DNA of 64,000 nt from Rhizophagus irregularis (lineage: Eukaryota). This document shows, piece by piece, positions 31,720-44,298 of the stretch. Where the stretch lies: positions 1,240,001 to 1,304,000 of the forward strand of contig NC_089433.1 in the NCBI RefSeq assembly GCF_026210795.1. Reading direction: 5' to 3'. How positions within the stretch are numbered: the stretch's first letter is position 1; each line of letters begins with the position of its first letter. A program made the translations under genes and the position numbers. The notes below the pieces were generated by a model. That model had not been told where the DNA came from. It did no database searches and saw only the letters and a list, made by a program, of their open reading frames with translations.

Positions 31720-34700
31720 AGATCTGTCAACTAGCGCTAAAGCTTGTTGGGCTTTCAATTTACGATGAGTTTGTACATATCAAGAAATCCAATTACTAAT
31801 TGTAGAAATTTTTGGAATTTCCTCTTCTTCTAAAACTTCTTCTTCTACTAAACCTTTCAGTTCATTATGCATTTCTTGAGCTGTATACTTTTTGCTTTTA
31901 TTTATATCTCGCAAATATGCCTGGCTCAAGGGGTATGGAATAACGTTTTTGCTTATTTGTTTACCTCCTCCTTTTTATTTCTGATTTTCTTTTAAGGCCC
32001 ATCCACTTGATAATGCAAAATTCGATGTGTGATTCAAAACTTGCCTTGAACCCAAATCAGTATCAATAATTTCGGTATTTAAAACGTCTATTATTCGTTC
32101 AGAAAAAAAGAAAATTAGTTTTGAGATAATATAATCACAATTTTACGGTAAGAATAATTTACCTATATTTTGTGATGATATTTCATCGTTCAATTTATTT
32201 TGTAAAATTTCTGCTAATATAACTCTATTATTGCTTACATCTGTGTCAACGCCATATTCCTTCAATTGTTTTTTCAATTCTTCAATAATAAGACGATTTG
32301 TATTAATTTCTAATATAAAAAAAAAATCAATGTAAAACAATTGTAAAAAAAGAAAAAAAAAATCAATTTATTACATACTTGATTTATGAGATAATGGAAT
32401 ATTCCAATTGGAAGTTGGAATTGAGTGATCTGAAACTTGTGGATTAGGTTTTTCAAGAGGTCTTTTTTCAAATTGTGCTATTTTAGCCAGCTCAAAATTT
32501 TTTCATGTTCCAATATTAGACATTGCACGAGCCTGAATAAATCCTGCATATTCACCTTCTGTCGGCCAGTACCACTCATACCAATTGGAATTTCCTGGTA
32601 TTGAATTTTTTTTTTTCGTCCTGATTCTATAAATCATAGTAATTGCTTTCAGTAATATTACATAACTTCAAAATTGTATTCTCACATATACCCTTTTTCC
32701 GTTCTGGTTCCAAATATGCTATTGAAATACCACAAATCCCTTGAATAGCATTCTCATGTCACACCTTCATTGATATTAAACATAATCGAAGCATAACTTG
32801 ATTTATCGCATGTGAAATCTGTAACCAATGATTCAATAAATAATAATGGTGATTTTCTAAATTATTTGAACAATCGATCATACTAGGCAATGGTGAAAAT
32901 CAATTGATGTTTTAGCCTCTCCAGCTTCTAAAAAACCCCATTTTTTTACTGAAATATTGTACCATTCATTCCAATGCCCTAGAATTAGCATTAAGTCCGC
33001 ATTGTAATAATATGGACCATTATCAGAAAGAAAAGTAACCCAATCTGGTTTGACTTTAAGCGATTCAATAACTGCATGTAGTGAAGAAGCTGTAAACCAT
33101 GCATCTTGGCATGTATCGGCTAACCAATGATCAAATACTTGAATATCCAACTGATGACTTTCAGATTTTCGTGTATAGACAAGAATTGAATGCAAAGCCC
33201 ATCCTTTTTTCCTAAAAAAAGCATTTTTTGTTTCTCTCGCACTCTTGGGTAAGATTTTCATCTTATAATCAACTATTATTATAGCTCCTTTTTCATCTAA
33301 ATCTAATAGATTCGCGTTAAATTGAGAATTTTAAAATACCTTTCGTGTCTGATGACTCAAATAATAGAAAATTTAATCTCGTAATTCATAAATTTTCTCA
33401 TGAATATTATTTGGAGCATTTTTTTCAATATCAATGAAGAATTGAAAAAGTGCATCACAATCTGAACATATGTAAGTATGTTGTTTATTACGTCTAAAAG
33501 CCAAAAAGAAGGCAATGGTTTATACATTGGTTATGTGCTGTTGTACCATCAGAATTTACAGTCAAATGTGACTCATATTCCCTTTTCAGATATCGTTTTA
33601 ACTTCTCTCCTTGATCTAATAATTGATTCTAAATGAAATTATTAGAAATTAATATTATATAATTATTTTTATCAATTATAGGAATAAAAATATTACCTGG
33701 ATATAAAGATTACTAACATGATTTTGAATAAGTTTGGTAAGTTCATCAAATGTTTCATAGCCATATGTGTTGCATATTAAACACAAACTACCAAGATTCT
33801 CACGATAAATATATCTATTGCCTTGCAAATGCTTATAAAAAGTTGTTCATTTTACTCTACTTGGATATTTTTCATGAAACTTTTCCCACAGATCTTATTT
33901 CGTATTTTTGAGGTAATGAACTGGTTCTTGCGTAATGGTGTCTGTTTTGTATGAACTCATTATTACATTAGCTTTATCAGAAAAGAATTGTTCTAAATTT
34001 TCTTTTTTTTCCCGTTCTAATTTGTCTTTGATAATAATAGGTTTTTGTACTTGAGGTGCACCTAGTCCATTAATACGTGCATATTGGCGGACTCTTGATA
34101 CTGTATTTGCAGCTACCTGTAAGTTTATATTTTTATTAGTTCAATTATTTTGATAGCATGCATTGTAGTAGTATACACTAACAGTACACTAACCCCTAAT
34201 TTTGATATGAGTTCCTGATAGGTAAATTTTGTAGCAATAATTGAAAGAATTCGTCTTTGACCATTTGGACCTCTATTTGTATTTTCCAATGCATTACGAA
34301 ATGCTTGCCAAAATGTAAGAGATTGATTTTCTTGATAACATGGATTTTGTTGGAGGAATCCTGATTCATAAAGTATTTGTAATGTTGTACTATCTTTTTG
34401 AGCGTTATCTGATTTCGTCCAAAATTCAAACTAAATTAAAAAAATTATTTGTCAATAATAAATAAAAAAGTTAACTCAATTTTTTGCATAATTACTAACT
34501 TTAGATTCTTCATTTTTGAAGGGGATGATATTAGTACATCCTGCATTTCAAACAAATGCTCTCCAAGCACGCCATTCTCGTTCATTAATTTTATAACCAG
34601 ATGGATATAAATCTAAAATAGCTTTCCGTAATTCTAAAATATCACTTTTTTGATTCAACCATTTATTAAATAAATTATGCCATTTGACCTTACGTGAAAT

Positions 34701-35510
34701 TCTTCTTTTCAAATGATATTTATAAAGATTTTCTAACACTCCCTCTAAAGTCTAGTCCAATACCGTGCAAGAAGGAATTTGTGCTTGTTGAATACAAATT
34801 TGCGTATACGGATTTTCTAACCCAAAAATTTATTTTCCAGAATAATTTGAAAGTCTGCCAATACATAACCAAACTTCATCAGGATCAATAGCATTATACG
34901 TCCTTATCAAAGTATCATTAGTATATATTTGAACTACACACTCTTCATCTTCTATTTCTTGAATAAAAGCTGATTTTATACCATTGTAATGGGATTGAAA
35001 GACGGATTTATATCCTTCTCCTGCATAGTTCCATTCCAGTTTTTTTGATTTTCCCATTTCCAGCACAATTACGTTCAATTTTCTAAGACTAATCATATAT
35101 GGATGAAATATAATATCATCAAGTAATTGTTGTATAATATTTGAATTGTCAAAACCCATAACTTGTGGACCAGGAAACTTTACATTTGAACGAAAAACTT
35201 TTTCATAGCAGGTGTTAATAGCTTCTGTTGGTGAACTGTACACACCTGACCTATTTTCTTCAGAAAAACACAAAAATCCAGGAGAATTTGGATGCTGAGT
35301 ATCTTTTACAACGGTAATTATAAAGTCACATTTTTTAAAACTTTATAAGTTTTCATTCCTAAACGAATCAGAAGGAGAGGAGTATGCGTAGAATTCTTAT
35401 TTATTGGTCGCACAAGCCACCAGTTATGACAAAATGGACCAAAATGTAAATTTTTTACAATTTTGCCTGGAAAAATAAGTGTTGTAATGTATTCTTTACT
35501 TTTACTTATA
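31720..35510 (-). pseudogene. Intron-containing transposase pseudogene: FYRN/FYRC-like N-terminus, DDD-type core, GWALK C-terminal region
   Basis: IIVDYKMKILPKSARETK.FF.KKGWALH, FLSDNGPYY, FLEAGEAKTSID, GWALKENQK, KYTAQEMHNEL..ISTISNWIS. Many stops and frameshifts. The Sola3 assignment is from recalled motifs. Confidence 0.7.
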
Positions 35511-35799
35511 TGTTTTGACTTTAAAAAAGAAGTTGGGTATGTAAAAAATGCGAGATTCTAAAAGACATGAAATCGCATATGCATATTATCCCCAGATTTT
35601 ATATATGTTGATTACTACTTTATATACAGATCACGAATTAAATATCTTTTTAAGGTTTTTTATATTCCTCGTAGTGTCAATAGAATCCTTGAAAAAATGT
35701 ATTAATTTTTTGTGATCGCGAACCCGCTTATCTTGACTGGAATTAGTTCTACCAGTCTCAAGATAAACAATTTCAAGTTCAGCATTTTTTCTTAACTGG

Positions 35800-37170
35800 G
35801 CTACCATCATATAATCGGCTCTTCAGGCAATTTTACGAGAACCTTTTCATGTAGCACTTGCTAAATTTCCTTCTTCACCCCTTAATTAGAAAACATATTA
35901 ATTGAAGCAAAGGTTATGATACTGGCGTATCTTTTCAAGTTAAGCCTACTATATGTCCTATGCTATCGGTTTTCCTGGCAAATTGCTCATCACTATATTT
36001 AGTAATGGTGCAAGTAGTTCACAAACATACGATCCTTCGTTTATTGATTTTCCCTTCTTTATATATGCTTCGTATTTTGGTGATTTCCAAACTTTAAGCT
36101 TATAATTATTTATCAGTTAATGAGCAAAGTAAAATCAGCAAAGACGTGGAGCATATAAACGGATTTCAGCAAGAACCGCTCACTTACATTGATTCTAATA
36201 TCCGTTTTGTTAAATCCTGCAATTCTTCGGGTTTATCCAACCATTCGCCATAATTAATATTACTCAAAATCTCATTCACGTTAATTTTCGATTTCTCGTT
36301 TTGGATAAATTCTTTGCAAGCTTCCATTACATCATGATTCTGTTCTAACTTATATTTTTGAAATAGTTCCTTAAAAATATCACAAACCGATCCAGGCATA
36401 TTTGTAAAGGGTTCTGACTTGATATCTAGAACACCTGAACAAATTGGATGATCGAAACTAAGATCCTCTACATTTATTTCTCTGAGTTCTGTTTCTATTC
36501 TCTCCCACATGGTTTTCTCATAACTAGTGCTCTCAGTTATACACCGTTTAACATCACGCTTCAAAGATCGTAAATTTGTATTTGCATCTTTATGCCAGGC
36601 TTCGGCATCAATTACTAATGCTTCCATTTCTGAGAGTGAACATAGATCTTCAAATGCAGTTGCGACCTAAAATATATTTAAGATTAGTTTCCAAGACACA
36701 TTTGATAAATAATTTAATTGTACATCGCGGGATCAGATTAGGTTTCCATTTCATAAAGTCTCAAGTGCCGACAAAATGCTTGATATGTAGTTATACCCTA
36801 ATATAGTATAAAACTAGTAGCTGCTGTGTGGAAAGTAATAATATTACAATGAACATCAGCCTCTTTGCTAGTGATTATATCATACTAGGAAACCTAAAAA
36901 TACAAGTCATCATATCATATATTTATCATAAAATAATTCATCACCATACCCGTTTTGCCAGTTTTTTTCAGTACCAAAACTTTGAAGCTTCTTTATCCAT
37001 TTAATATCCTCCGAGGGAACTCGTTCCAAAACTCGCTCCAAAATATTTTCAAAGTTCTCTACCTCCTTTTTGAGAACACTGGTCCATTCGCCCTGTTCTA
37101 CTCGTACAAATAATGCTGTGGATATTCTGACGATATCAAAGGGTTCTCTGGCTAAAAGAAACTCTTCCAT
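35800..37170 (-). pseudogene. Decayed multi-exon hypothetical gene
   Basis: ORF pieces 36910-37170 and 36184-36627 look coding. The 3' part has stops. Confidence 0.45.
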
Positions 37171-37968
37171 ATTTTAATATAATAAGAAGTTATATGTTAA
37201 TGAAAGCCTGCTAAGCGAAGTAAAAATATTGTAAATTTCAATATCTTTTTCGTCATACTGCCTTTATAAATGTATTGTAATTTCCCATTCACCTTCTCTG
37301 AACCTGAGATTATGTTGGGGTTGAAACATAAGAATATGCTAGACACTTTACGCCAAAATTTTGTGTTAGAGAATAAGGACATGTGGAATATGCATTGAAG
37401 ATCTCAATATTTACAAAAGCGCTAGGGATATGCATATACATACTTTTTTTTCTTTATTTCACTTGCCGACCGCTCAGTAATAAAGGTCTAGTAGTATTAT
37501 ACAAATACACTCGCGCTTGTTGCTGTCAAAATCTAGTAAAAATAGCCGAAGAAAATATACTCATAAATGAATGCTATTCAGATAGATAGGAAAAAAATTT
37601 GAAATATTTTGGGGATCAATTTCTTATGTGTGAAAATTGATTTGTCGCACAAGCAGTCATACAGAGTTATAGATGATTTGCGGTGTATCATCTATTACAT
37701 CATATACACTTTAACGAGGATCAAAAACGTGCTAATTTATGTCACACATGGCTACATGCATTGTGGCTGGACAATATATTATTTTATTAAGATAATATTT
37801 GGGATCTGATGATCTGAAAAATTCAGGTGACACACTTTATTTCATTGCAAGAATTATAATCTAACACGCTTACAGATTGATTTTATACTTCATGAATTAG
37901 CCTTATATTTTTCACATTTTGTAACTCTAATGAGATATTCAATGTTATCTTTATCAATATGATAATAT

Positions 37969-38322
37969 TCAGGATTCTGTAGCCACTTTAACTTGGTTAG
38001 TCCAATCTGAACCTCTAATAATTATATAGTCTCGCTGGTAGAATATTTTAAAAATAATATCATATGTTACATTAGCTAATCTCACATATAATTGATTTTT
38101 CTTCTCAAATTCCCAGTTAATATAAGGAATGCAAGAAGTTATACCTAAATACTTCTTATTATCAGGAGTACCATCATTCCTCACCGCCTCCCAAATCCGT
38201 TTTGCCAAAGATTTAGGTCTCTTCTTATAATTCCTATAAGCTCGCTGGATAACTGTTGCATAGAAATTTTCGAAGCCGTAATTATAGTATTTAGGAATCA
38301 AGAATTCCCAAGATCGCTTCAT
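37969..38322 (-). CDS. Small hypothetical protein with IQ-like motif (possibly truncated)
   Basis: ATG ORF containing ATVIQRAYRNYKKR. Confidence 0.5.
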   Translation of the reverse strand: MKRSWEFLIPKYYNYGFENFYATVIQRAYRNYKKRPKSLAKRIWEAVRNDGTPDNKKYLGITSCIPYINWEFEKKNQLYVRLANVTYDIIFKIFYQRDYIIIRGSDWTNQVKVATES

Positions 38323-38559
38323 TAATCTTCCTGAAATACTTCACTAAAATAGTTATATATTAGAGAATCTAACCCAGAATAGGCAGATCATGCATAGCGT
38401 ACTTTATCCTGCATAAATTATGCAGGTGATACATTTCACAATTATACTAGGCGATCATGTATGCAGAATTCATTTCGCAAAAAAAAAATAAGTTATACAT
38501 CACACCTTTGGCTAAATATAGTTGAGATAAATAATGTTATTATTCAGTTGAGAGATATT

Positions 38560-39383
38560 AACTTTATCTCCTATTTGCATTATTTCGAACAGAATTAAAA
38601 TATTCCTCAGTATCAATCAAGACATGGCTTCTCTCAAATCTATAGGCCGAAATTTCAGGTGCACTTGCACTACGTCGCATAGGGTATTTCTCAAGACCGC
38701 CCATTAATGCAACAGGTTTTAGTGGCAAAGGAGGAGGGTTAATGAACGTGACTTATCTATCCTATAGGAATAGTATCTCTGGTATTGGACAGGAGAAGAG
38801 GTTAAGAAGGTATTATCCATACAGATATTTTTTTGATGGTTATGAAAATAGTAAGGCTTGCTATGTGTAGTATTTACATTACTTTGCATCTTATGCTTTT
38901 GCCTGATACGTTGAATCCTATTTGATACATTTTCCAGCCACATCTCATATCGACGGATTACCTTCTTTGTGAAATAGCAAGGTGGTACTAGATTATTTTT
39001 CAGCTTCATGTAGTCTTCAAAGCTCATGTCACAATATTCGTTTTCAATACAATTTGCATGCCAATGCTTATCTATAAAGAATGCATAGAAATACTCGTAC
39101 CCGCTTCCTAATTTGGAATAGACGAGTTGATTGCAAGAATAGCATATTCCTATATTTACTCAAACCAAACATTACACTGATATAATAAATATGTTTGTTT
39201 TCTTGCAATAAGATATCTCTTATTATAATCAGTTAAAAGATGATTTTTTCTATATTCCATTAATGTGCCCCAAATTCGATCTTTCCAATCTGATGGAGTC
39301 TCATTCCCACGCATTCTAGGAAGATCATAGTTAATATGTGAATCAGCTACACTTAAATGTATATAGGGATCAGAATATACCAT
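38560..39383 (-). pseudogene. Frameshifted intronless hypothetical gene
   Basis: Co-oriented ORF pieces 39156-39383 and 38719-39027 with coding-like intervening sequence. Confidence 0.45.
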
Positions 39384-39801
39384 ATTTAATGATTTTAGCT
39401 ATTAAGAGATTTATAGAGTTTATACTGCGATTTTTATCAATTTATAGCTGATTTAGCAAGATTATACTATATTAAATCCAAATTCATTTTTATTCGATTA
39501 TAAGCATGTCAGGATCTATATAGAGCCACATATCGGGCTAAGCTAATTTTATATTTACATGAATATGCACAGCATCTTCGGCTAAATCAGTTTGTGGCAT
39601 GATGTACTGTATATCGTATTGCATGTAATCTCTACCAGTTCCCTGTACGAAGCGCCTACAGTCCAGTTCCTGATAGTTCTCCAGGGGAGCCTATGGGAGC
39701 TGGGCAAGTTTCTATAAGCTCATGAGATGATCGGCTAATTATATTCCGGGAAAATTAGACGACAGAAGTGCAGTAATCCTGGTGCAGTACCAAAGAATCC
39801 C

Positions 39802-39968
39802 GGACATGTATGTCCACTAATTATGTAGTGTTAGTATCGATCAAATATTTTTGGACATGCATGTTCGCTAATTAGGTGGTGGTAGTGTCAGTCAAATATT
39901 TTTGAACGTACGTGTCCGCTAATTATGTAGTGTCGGTATCGGTCAAATATTTTTGGACATATATGTGT
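39802..39968. repeat. 51-bp tandem repeat, about 3.3 copies
   Basis: GGACATGTATGTCCACTAATTATGTAGTGTTAGTATCGATCAAATATTTTT and variants. Confidence 0.8.
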
Positions 39969-40157
39969 CTAACATGAAGGTTCTTTATTGCTTCCTCTCC
40001 AAAATCCTGCGATAAATTTTGGCAAGATTTTACTATATGTTTACTATAGTTTCGGCAGGGTTTCAGCAGTTTTGGCAAATAGGGGTTTCGGCATTTCGGC
40101 AAAGTTTTGGCAGGATTTTTAATATGATTTAATATAGTTTCGGCATTTTCCGTATAG

Positions 40158-40476
40158 CACTGGTCAAAAACTAATATATCGGGTAGCAGATATATATCAG
40201 ATATGTACCTGATATGTGTAGTATTAATGCTGAAAATCGGGTACCTGATATGTGTAAGATATGTGTAAATATATATATCGTCTACATATCATTTACATAT
40301 CATATACATACGGGTATCCGATACGTATACGTATCGGTCTTTCGATATGTATATGATATATATATTTACACATATCTTACACATATCAGGTACCTGATTT
40401 TCAGCATTAATACTACACATATCAGGTACATATCTGATATATATCTGCTATCCAATATATTAGTTTTTGACCAGTG
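40158..40476. mobile_element. Fold-back MITE with CACTG ends (CACTA/CMC-like)
   Basis: TAG|CACTGGTCAAAAACTAATATAT ... ATATATTAGTTTTTGACCAGTG|TAG. About 125-bp near-perfect arms and 3-bp TSD. Confidence 0.9.
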
Positions 40477-40795
40477 TAGGTTTCGGCAGTTATTAAGAAG
40501 GTTTTGGCAACGACTTAGTACCAGTAAGGAAAATACTGTCAGAATCGATCAAAAACATTTTTAAGCTAATTATACAGTTAGTCAGTATCAATTAAAAAAA
40601 TAAATGGCTGAACTGGCTAAACTTTATTAATATATGCAAAGCGCCTTTCGGCTGTTTTCAGTAAACTAACCCTGAAGCACTTTAACAATTACATATTTAA
40701 TGTCTTCCTTAAACAAGACCGTTATAGTTGATAATGAAAGTTTTAACTCAAGCCATAGAAATAATTTTGCTAAGATTTTGATCGTTACCAATGGT

Positions 40796-41762
40796 TAGAG
40801 CTCCGCAACCTGACCTGACAGATCGGGTAACCTGACGGGTTGACCCGAAATATTCAGGTCAGGTCATCAAATTCATGACCTGACACGGGTCGGGTCAGTG
40901 CTAGTACTGCTCCACCCGCCCGTTCACCCAACATATATTTGGGTCAAATAAATTAAAAACACCGAAACTAATAGTTCTGGCATTTTTACATGTAAAATCA
41001 AAATGAAAAATGCTGAAACTAATAATTCCGGCATTTTTACATGTAAAATTGAAAAAAAAACGCCGAAACTAATAGTTTCGGCGTTTTTACATGTAAAATA
41101 AAAATGAAAAACGCCGGAACTAATGATTCCGGTGTTTTTACATGTAAAATTGAAAAAAAATGCTGAAACTATCAGTTTCGGCGTTTTTACATGTAAAATT
41201 GAAAAAAAATCGCTGAAACTAATAGTTTCGGCGTTTTTACATGTAAAATCAATATGAAAAATGCTGAAACTAATAGTTTCAGCGTTTTTACATGTAAAAT
41301 CAATATGAAAAATGCTGAAACTAATAGTTTCAGCGTTTTTACATGTAAAATCAAAATGAAAAACGCCAGAACTAATGATTCCGGTATTTTTGCATCTAAG
41401 ATCGAAAAAAAAAATGCCGAAACAAATAGTTTCAGCGTTTTTATATATAAAAACAAAAGTAAAATGCCGGGACCCACGTTTTTTCAATAAAAATTAAAAA
41501 ATCTTTTTTTTTTAATTAAAAATGTCGAACCTGACGTTTTTTGTATAATTAATAAAAAAAACGTTACAAAACGTTTTTTTAATTGAAATATTTAATAATA
41601 AAACTTCAGGTAACCTGAGTTACCCGAAGTGACCCAAATACTTTCGGGTCAAATGGGTCAGGTCGGGTCAGAACGGTTTACCCAACCCGACCTGACCTGA
41701 AAAAAAATTTCGGTTCGGGTTAACTAGGTAACCCGACCCGACCCGACCCGTGCGGAGCTCTA
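40796..41762. mobile_element. hAT-type non-autonomous element with an internal about 57-bp tandem array
   Basis: TIR TAGAGCTCCGCA. Flanks CCAATGGT / CCAATAGT (7 of 8). Subterminal ACCCG/ACCTG repeats. About 9 internal units at about 40960-41470. Confidence 0.9.
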
Positions 41763-42494
41763 CCAATAGTAACGGTTTTCTGCCAAGAAAAAATTTTGAT
41801 TTATTAGTACACATTGATCGTGCAATAAAACAAACACTATAAATATTCTTTTGGTGCACATTTTGCATACATATCACTCGCATGTAGCATATACAATACC
41901 TAAAGAAAAATCAGCATAAGTGCTCATAGGTGCAATAAGGTGATTCATTCCATTAATGGCTTTCCACAATCCGAACAAAATTTAGCAGTATCTTTATTTT
42001 TTTCCTCGCACTGAGCATCTGGGCAAGATACGATACTTGATAGCAGATTGAATGGTGGTGGAGGCCCAAGCAAATCTAATGCAAAATACAAAGATATAGA
42101 ATTATCCCTTTTTATATGAAGTGGAATAATATATAATATAATAATAGACAATACTAAGCGGAATCATTTTGACTCTCTTTGATGACTTTGATGGAGTATT
42201 CAAACATGTTGGCAAATTCACCTTTGTTTTTGTGATGGTTGTGGTGTCACATCGTAGATATCCTGTAAATGTTGTAGTTGACTTTCTTCATCACGTTCAT
42301 CGGGTTGTCCAACCAAGCAAATCATATTATCAACGATTTTCTACAGAAATAATTTTGTCAGATGTAGAGAACAGAAACCGAAAATCAATATATAAGTGCT
42401 TACTTTAGCCTTCCATATCAAGGCAATTGCAGGGAGTATTTTTTTTCCGAATTCTTTAATATGTGTAGCAATAAAGAAAGACTTTGATCATGAC

Positions 42495-42912
42495 TAGGAA
42501 TGGCAACGGTCGGTCACGGTCAGTTATCGGTTGGTCATAACTGGTTAAGGGCCTTTGACCGACTGACCATTTTAGCTGACCATTTTTCTGACCGTTTAAC
42601 AGACCATTTGACTGACTGTTTAACCATTTTTTTTAATGAATTTAATTAAGAAAAAACGTTAAAGTGTTTTTTTTGATTAAATCCACTAAAGAAATGTTAT
42701 AACAATTTTTTTTATTGATTAAATTCGTAAAAAAAGTGTTAAATAATTAAATGGTCAGTTAACGGTCGGTTAAATGGTCAGTTAAATGGTCGATCAAACA
42801 GTCGGTCAAACTGGTCGGTTAAACGGTCGGTCAGAAGCCTTTGACTGACCGATATCAGTCACGGTCATAACCAGTCATGACCGGTTAATAACCGTGACCG
42901 TTGCCATCCTTA
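42495..42912. mobile_element. hAT-type MITE
   Basis: Termini TAGGAATGGCAACGGTC and (reverse complement) TAAGGATGGCAACGGTC. Perfect 8-bp TSD ATCATGAC at 42487-42494 and 42913-42920. Subterminal GGTC/GACC repeats. Confidence 0.92.
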
Positions 42913-43787
42913 ATCATGACACACGACATATATATCCAGCTGGTGAGTCTAGACGCAGAAGTGTCATCATAAGCCCTTGAAAAATACTATCTAAGTAAGC
43001 AACGGAAGCCAAATTAAGTATTAGGTAAAAAAACATACCAGCATAAAGGAACCCAATTGTTTCCAGTTTACGGGTTTTCTTTTCATCTTGGTCAAAAGTT
43101 TTACAGAGTTGATCAAACATATCCTTCATCATTTTAGGCATTTTCAGGCCTCTTTCCTGTAACAATTTTGTACCATTCTGTCCTTCAAACTGTCGACCTG
43201 CTTCTGTGCACTATATTCGTCTGTAATCTTACGAATAATCATATCGCTTCTCCTCTCAAGAATCTTTCTTTTCTTATCTACTGCAGGAATGGTTCTTTTA
43301 TAATTTTCCTTGTTGATGACGACAGGCTACACGATTCACCTCTATTGTAAAAATTATTAAACCATGAGAAGAAAAGAACTAATCAGGTTTCACTTTCCTT
43401 ACCTGACTACTTTCACTTCCTCAATATCATTAAAAACTTTATAAGTAAAGTTCCAAACGTGAACAAGTATCCACAACTCTAAATGGTCTGACATCAAAGC
43501 GTTCGATTCATACTCTAACAATCTGTAAAATGAGATTGCGAACTTAGAATCCAATCTTGAAATGTATATGAAATTAGTTACATACAAATTGTATACAGTA
43601 TTACGTATCCAGTCTCGGTCAAAGTCTCTTGATCTATTGAAGTCTTGATCCATTTGTTCAGGCATAAAAATTTGCTTCTGAAGTTCCAAAGTATTTTTCT
43701 ATTGGAACAACATACCAGTTGTCAGTAAAAAAAACAAGTTATAAGATATAAAATATAAGTGAAACTTACAGGATTGAAGCTATTTAA

Positions 43788-44298
43788 TTTGTGATCCGCC
43801 AGTGAACCATAAAATTTGACTATTAAAAGGCGATGATAAGTTCATATATATTTTTATCAATAATTTAGAATCTGCAATTTGCAATTCCAGAGAAAAAATA
43901 TGGGATAACTCGCCTTCTATTGGTCATAGAGATATAAAATCATTACCATTAGATGCGTCTTGATGAGACGAATCCGATGAACCAAATTTTATTTTCCTAC
44001 GACCACTAGACGATGAGTTATCTTTAAAATTTTAAAATACTAAATTTTTCTTTTTTTCAAATTCAAATGTTCAGCTCTTATGAAAGTGTCTTTTAATGCT
44101 TAAAATTTTTACCAGTCTTTTATTATTAAGATAGCCAAATGGCATATTTTTATGCCTATAATATTAGTTTTCATATAATATTTTAGTAATTTGTACCTTG
44201 TATTAGCGGAACTGTAGATTCTGCGCTATTAGTAAATATATATATAACTTTCACTGAAATTTAATAGCCAAGTTTATGGTTCACTGGCAGATCACGAA
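43788..44298. mobile_element. TTAA-flanked MITE with the same terminal motif as the Sola3-like element
   Basis: About 38-bp TIR TT(C/T)GTGATC(C/T)GCCAGTGAACCATAAA. TTAA on both sides. Removal restores host frame LLKYL-NSFN. Confidence 0.9.

Larger units (their letters stand above)
30890..35637 (-). mobile_element. Degenerate TIR DNA transposon, Sola3-like, flanked by TTAA
   Basis: Left TTAA|TTCGTGATCCGCATATAAAGTAG; right end reverse complement TTAA|TTCGTGATCTGTATATAAAGTAG. Contains a transposase pseudogene. Confidence 0.78.

Noticed and set aside
40214..40564. 116-aa ORF
   Set aside because: Lies in a palindromic MITE; not credible as a gene.
40924..41490. Repetitive ORFs inside the hAT element
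   Set aside because: By-products of the 57-bp tandem repeat. Open in several frames and on both strands.
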